From NCBI GenBank assembly GCA_017881025.1, contig JADGRJ010000001.1, positions 1-59,993 on the forward strand: a DNA stretch of 59,993 nucleotides, given 5' to 3'. The notes under the pieces are model-generated. The model was not told the origin of the DNA. It was given only the letters and a program-made list of their open reading frames with translations, and ran no database searches. Both the position numbers and the translations under genes were made by a program. This document shows, piece after piece, positions 55,966-59,993 of this stretch (the first letter of the stretch is position 1; every line of letters begins with the position of its first letter). Origin of the DNA: Rhizobacter sp. Lineage in GTDB: Bacteria; Pseudomonadota; Gammaproteobacteria; Burkholderiales; Burkholderiaceae_C.

Positions 55966-57162
55966 ATGAAGAGCGAGACGACGCTGCGCGGCCGAGCCGC
56001 TCCCCTGGCCCTGGCTGTGCTCGCCGTCCTGAGCGCCTGCGGTGGCGGCGGCACCGCCGGCGAGTCGATCGCGCCGGCGGCGACGGCGCTCTCGGCCGAG
56101 GCGGCGCTCGGCGAGAAGATCTTCGCCGACCCGTCGCTCTCGGCGTCGGGGCGGCAGTCGTGCGCGAGCTGCCACGATCCGGAGCGCGGTCATTCGCCGG
56201 CCAACCCCCTCGCCGCGCAACTCGGCGGGCCGAACGGTGACCTGCAGGGAACGCGCAAGGCGCCGGGGATCCGCTACCTCGCGACCAATCTGCCTTTCTC
56301 CTTCGCCGCCGACGGCACGCCGACCGGCGGCTTCTTCTGGGACGGGCGCGCCCCAACGTTCGCGGCGCAGGCGACCGAGCCCTTCCTGAATCCCTTCGAG
56401 ATGGCCAACGCCGACAAGGCGAGCGTCGTCGCCAAGCTCGCCGCCGCGCCTTACGCAGCCGAGTTCAGGGAGGTCTTCGGTGCGGGCGTCTTCGCCGACG
56501 TCGAGGGCGCGTACCTGCGCCTGTCGCTCGCGCTCCAGCAATACGAGCGCGAGGACGTCGAGTTCAACGCCTACAGCAGCAAGTACGACGCCTTTCTGCG
56601 CGGCCGCGCGGCGCTGAGCGACGCGGAGCTGCGCGGCCTCGCGCTCTTCAACTCCCCCGCCAAGGGCAACTGCGCCGCCTGCCATCCCTCGTCGCGCACC
56701 GATGGCAAGGCGCCGCTCTTCACCGACTTCAGCTACGACAACCTCGGCGTCCCGCGCAATCCCGAGATCGCCCGCAATGCCGACCCGGCGTACTTCGACC
56801 TCGGCCTGTGCCAGCGCGCCGACCTGGCACCGCGCGGCGACCTCTGCGGCGCGTTCAAGGTGCCGTCGCTTCGCAACGTCGCGCTGCGCGAGGCGTTCTT
56901 CCACAACGGCCGCTTCAAGACGCTGAAGGACGCGCTCACCTTCTACGTCCAGCGCGACACGAATCCCGAGAAGTGGTACCCGCTCGCGGGCGACGGCACG
57001 GTGAAGAAGTTCGACGATCTGCCGCCCGAGTACCACGTCAACGTCAACACCAGCGAGGCGCCGTACGACCGCCGCCCCGGCGACGCGCCGGCGCTGTCCG
57101 ACGCCGAGATCGACGATGTCATCGCCTTCCTGAGAACGCTGAGCGACGGCTACGTCCGCTAG
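55966..57162 (+). CDS. Di-heme cytochrome c peroxidase/MauG family lipoprotein
   Basis: Lipobox LSAC, CASCH and CAACH, FFWDGRA, FKVPSLRNV, FHNG. Confidence 0.9.
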   Translation: MKSETTLRGRAAPLALAVLAVLSACGGGGTAGESIAPAATALSAEAALGEKIFADPSLSASGRQSCASCHDPERGHSPANPLAAQLGGPNGDLQGTRKAPGIRYLATNLPFSFAADGTPTGGFFWDGRAPTFAAQATEPFLNPFEMANADKASVVAKLAAAPYAAEFREVFGAGVFADVEGAYLRLSLALQQYEREDVEFNAYSSKYDAFLRGRAALSDAELRGLALFNSPAKGNCAACHPSSRTDGKAPLFTDFSYDNLGVPRNPEIARNADPAYFDLGLCQRADLAPRGDLCGAFKVPSLRNVALREAFFHNGRFKTLKDALTFYVQRDTNPEKWYPLAGDGTVKKFDDLPPEYHVNVNTSEAPYDRRPGDAPALSDAEIDDVIAFLRTLSDGYVR

Positions 57163-57209
57163 ACCGTCGCGCTCGCCCGACCTCCTCCACTTCGACGAAG
57201 GAAAGCTCC

Positions 57210-58526
57210 ATGACCTCCCATCGCCTGCGCGCCTCAGCCGCGAGTGCCTGCATCGCCGCGAGCCTCGCGCTCGCAGCCGGACCGGCGCTCGCGCAGAGCG
57301 CGAGCGAAAGCGAACTGGCGCGCCGGCTCGACCAGCTCGCCGCCGAGCTCGCCGGCGTCAAGGCCGAGCTGGCGCGACTGCAGAGCGCGCGCGCGGCCGC
57401 GCCGCAAGCGGCAGCGCCCGCAGCCTCGAGCGCCGTCCCGGTCGTCGCCGCCGCGCCGCAAGGCCCGGGCCTTTCGCTCGAGCCGGCGACGGTACTGACG
57501 AGCTACGGCGAGATCAACTACAACCGGCCGACGCGCGACAGCAAGAACGCGGTCGCCGACGTGCGCCGCTTCGTCCTCGGCTACCAGCATCGCTTCGACG
57601 ACAAGACCAAGGTCGTCACCGAGCTCGAGGTCGAGCACGCGGTGTCGTCGGCCGACGATCGCGGCGAGGTCGAGGTCGAGCAGGCCTACATCGAGCGCCA
57701 GCTGGCGCGCCAGTGGGCAGTGCGCGCCGGGCTCTTCCTCATTCCCGCCGGCCTCCTCAACGAGAACCACGAGCCGACCGCGTACTACGGCGTCGAGCGC
57801 AACTTCGTCGAGACGGCGATCATCCCGAGCACCTGGCGCGAAGGCGGAATCCAGGTCGTCGGCGCATTCGACAACGGCCTGACGACGCAGTTCGGCGTGA
57901 CCACCGGCTTCGACCTCACCAAGTGGGACGCGACCTCGAGCGAAGGCGCCGACTCGCCGCTCGGCGCGATCCACCAGGAGCTCTCGCTCGCCAAGGCACG
58001 CGACCTCTCGGTGTTCGGCGCGATCAACTACCGCGGCGTCCCGGGCCTGCTGCTCGGCGCCTCGATCTTCACCGGCGGCGCGACGCACGGCCAGTCGCCC
58101 GATCGCGCCCGCGTCACGCTCTGGGACCTGCATGCGCGCTACACGCCAGGTCGCTGGGACCTCGCCGCGCTCTACAGCCGCGGCACGATCTCGAACACCG
58201 CGGCGTTCAACATGCCGCTCGTCGGCGGCACGACCCTGATCCCGAAATCATTCGACGGCTGGTATGCGCAGGCGGCGTACAAGGTGTGGTCGAACGCCGA
58301 CTATTCGCTCGCGCCGTTCGTTCGCTGGGAAGAGTTCAACACCGCGCGCAGCTTCGCGTCGCTCGGCGCCGGCCTCACGCCCGATGCCGGGCGCACGGAG
58401 CGAGTCGCCACCGTCGGCGCCAACTTCTCCATCGGCAGCGGCGTCGTCCTCAAGGCCGACTACCAGCGCTTCCGCGAGAACCGCGATGCCAATCGGTTCG
58501 ACCTCGGCTTCGGCTGGAGCTTCTAG
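57210..58526 (+). CDS. Outer membrane porin-like beta-barrel with N-terminal coiled coil
   Basis: Signal peptide, YGEINYNR, ELEVEHA, VEQAYI, NENHEPT.YYGVERN, terminal GWSF. Confidence 0.82.
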   Translation: MTSHRLRASAASACIAASLALAAGPALAQSASESELARRLDQLAAELAGVKAELARLQSARAAAPQAAAPAASSAVPVVAAAPQGPGLSLEPATVLTSYGEINYNRPTRDSKNAVADVRRFVLGYQHRFDDKTKVVTELEVEHAVSSADDRGEVEVEQAYIERQLARQWAVRAGLFLIPAGLLNENHEPTAYYGVERNFVETAIIPSTWREGGIQVVGAFDNGLTTQFGVTTGFDLTKWDATSSEGADSPLGAIHQELSLAKARDLSVFGAINYRGVPGLLLGASIFTGGATHGQSPDRARVTLWDLHARYTPGRWDLAALYSRGTISNTAAFNMPLVGGTTLIPKSFDGWYAQAAYKVWSNADYSLAPFVRWEEFNTARSFASLGAGLTPDAGRTERVATVGANFSIGSGVVLKADYQRFRENRDANRFDLGFGWSF

Positions 58527-58529
58527 GCC

Positions 58530-59075
58530 ATGCGGCTGACCCTCGCCGTCCTCGCCGGCGCCGTCGCGGCGGCGCCGGCGAGCGCTTTCGCGGTCGATTA
58601 CCTGAGCGCCGAGCAGGCCGCGCAGCTGATGTTCCCCGAGGCCGACCGCTTCGAGCCGCGCGAGATCGCCCTCGATGCGGCGCAACTGCAAGGCCTCGCG
58701 GCGCAGGGCGTCCGCGGCCGCTCGGCGCGCTGGCCGGTGCGCGTCGCACAGCGCGGCGGCGCAACGCTCGGCTACGTCGTCGCCGACGAGGTGCTCGGCA
58801 AGTTCGAGCTGATCTCGTACGCCGTCGGCATCGACCTCGACGGCGCGGTGAAGCAGGTCGAGATCCTCTCGTACCGCGAAAGCCACGGCGGCGAGGTGCG
58901 CCTGCCGGCTTGGCGGCACCAGTTCGTCGGCAAGACGCTGGCGGCGCCGCTGCGCGTTGGCGACGACATCGCCAACATCAGCGGCGCGACGCTGAGCTGC
59001 ACGCACCTCACCGAAGGCGTGCGAAGGATCGTCGCCGTCGTCGCGCTGGCGCGGCGAACCGGGAGCCTGGGCTGA
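58530..59075 (+). CDS. Exported FMN-binding (flavinylated) domain protein
   Basis: Signal peptide, YRESHGGEV, NISGATLS flavinylation motif. Confidence 0.88.
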   Translation: MRLTLAVLAGAVAAAPASAFAVDYLSAEQAAQLMFPEADRFEPREIALDAAQLQGLAAQGVRGRSARWPVRVAQRGGATLGYVVADEVLGKFELISYAVGIDLDGAVKQVEILSYRESHGGEVRLPAWRHQFVGKTLAAPLRVGDDIANISGATLSCTHLTEGVRRIVAVVALARRTGSLG

Positions 59076-59164
59076 ACCCGCCATCGACGCCGACCCGCGA
59101 CGAGCACAGGCGCGCAGCGCCGCTGCGGCGGCCGGCGGCGCGGCGGTCGGCCGGCGCGCGCATC

Positions 59165-59893
59165 GTGCGGCGGGCGCGGCCATTGCTCGGCACGCTGGTC
59201 GAGATCGGCGTGCTCGCGGAAACGTCGCGCGCTGGCGCCGAAGCGGCGATCGCGGCCGCGTTCGATCGCATCGCCGCCGTGCAGAAGCGCCTGTCGCGCT
59301 TCGATCCGCGCAGCGAGATCGCCCGCTTCAACGCTGCGCCTGCCGGCGCGTGCATCGAGCTCGGCGACGACGCCCAGCGCGTCCTCGCCGCCGCGCGCGA
59401 GCTGCACGACGCAAGCGGTGGCGTCTTCGATGTCACGCTCGGCAGCGGCAGCGATGCCTGGCATCGCGAGGGCCGCGTCCTGCGCAAGCTGAGCGCGGCG
59501 GTGCGGATCGATCTCGGCGGCATCGGCAAGGGCCACGCCGTCGACGGCGCCGTCGACGCGCTCGTCGCCGCCGGCGTGACGTCCGGCTGGGTCAACGCCG
59601 GCGGCGACCTGCGCGCCTTCGGCGCCGCGACGGTTCCGATCGACCTGCGCGACGAAGACGGCGGCGGCGTGCGTCGCTTCGCCAGCCTCGGCGACGGCGC
59701 GTTCGCGACCAGCCGCCTCGCCGCCGGCGACAGCCGGGTTCGCCATGCCAGCGTCGCGGCGCCATGCTGCCTCTGGGCCGACGCGCTCACCAAGCTCGTC
59801 ATCGCGAGCGGCGACGCCGGGCACCCGCTGCTCGCGCGCTACCGCGCGCGCGCCTGGCTGCACGGATCGCGCCCGGGCGCGAGCGACGCCTGA
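59165..59893 (+). CDS. apbE: FAD:protein FMN transferase (start codon uncertain)
   Basis: LGTLVEI, SEIARFN, FDVT, DLGGIGKGHAVD, VNAGGDL, ATS, ADALTK. Confidence 0.88.
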   Translation: MRRARPLLGTLVEIGVLAETSRAGAEAAIAAAFDRIAAVQKRLSRFDPRSEIARFNAAPAGACIELGDDAQRVLAAARELHDASGGVFDVTLGSGSDAWHREGRVLRKLSAAVRIDLGGIGKGHAVDGAVDALVAAGVTSGWVNAGGDLRAFGAATVPIDLRDEDGGGVRRFASLGDGAFATSRLAAGDSRVRHASVAAPCCLWADALTKLVIASGDAGHPLLARYRARAWLHGSRPGASDA

Positions 59894-59993
59894 TGCCGCG
59901 CACCGTCCATCGCCTCGCCGCCTGGCAGCGCGCCGCGCTGTTCGGCGCCGGCGCGGTGCTGCTGGCGAGCGGCGCTGCCTGGCTGGCGCTGCA
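59893..59993 (+). CDS. Membrane protein, 5' part only, translationally coupled to apbE
   Basis: TGATG overlap; MPRTVHRLAAWQRAALFGAGAVLLASGAAWLAL. Confidence 0.65.
   Translation, partial: MPRTVHRLAAWQRAALFGAGAVLLASGAAWLAL

Overview
Very GC-rich chromosomal window from a betaproteobacterium; gene order and repeat style suggest Burkholderiales (Rubrivivax/Caldimonas-like), which is an inference. From left to right it holds: ubiD (partial), a lytic transglycosylase, ZTP riboswitch-glyA-nrdR, a minor type IV pilin cluster, ribD-ribE-ribBX-ribH-nusB, a Ser/Thr kinase plus TssQ-like lipoprotein, ybgC-tolQRA, a 5-oxoprolinase/racemase/MarR/TRAP unit, an orphan GspE/PilB ATPase, a form II coxSLM-DEG cluster, an EgtB/SenA-like non-heme iron enzyme coupled to a pilin, a MATE pump, a Cpx-like two-component unit, a ~10 kb neutral-lipid block abutting tRNA-Ser(CGA), serS, and a Fur-box-led di-heme peroxidase/porin/FMN-binding/ApbE operon running off the end. 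The best candidate for an undescribed system is the lipid block (43.7-53.5 kb). It has two WS/DGAT enzymes, an acyl-CoA ligase, an OmpW channel, two lipase-type hydrolases and an unannotated protein built of 22-residue amphipathic repeats. Five of its promoters carry FNR/CRP-family-like boxes at class II spacing, suggesting a low-oxygen-induced lipid-droplet module. Also notable are palindromic repeats that sit inside reading frames, a SenA/EgtB paralog with altered catalytic motifs, and the iron-regulated flavinylation operon. All calls come from reading motifs by eye; no database searches were run.
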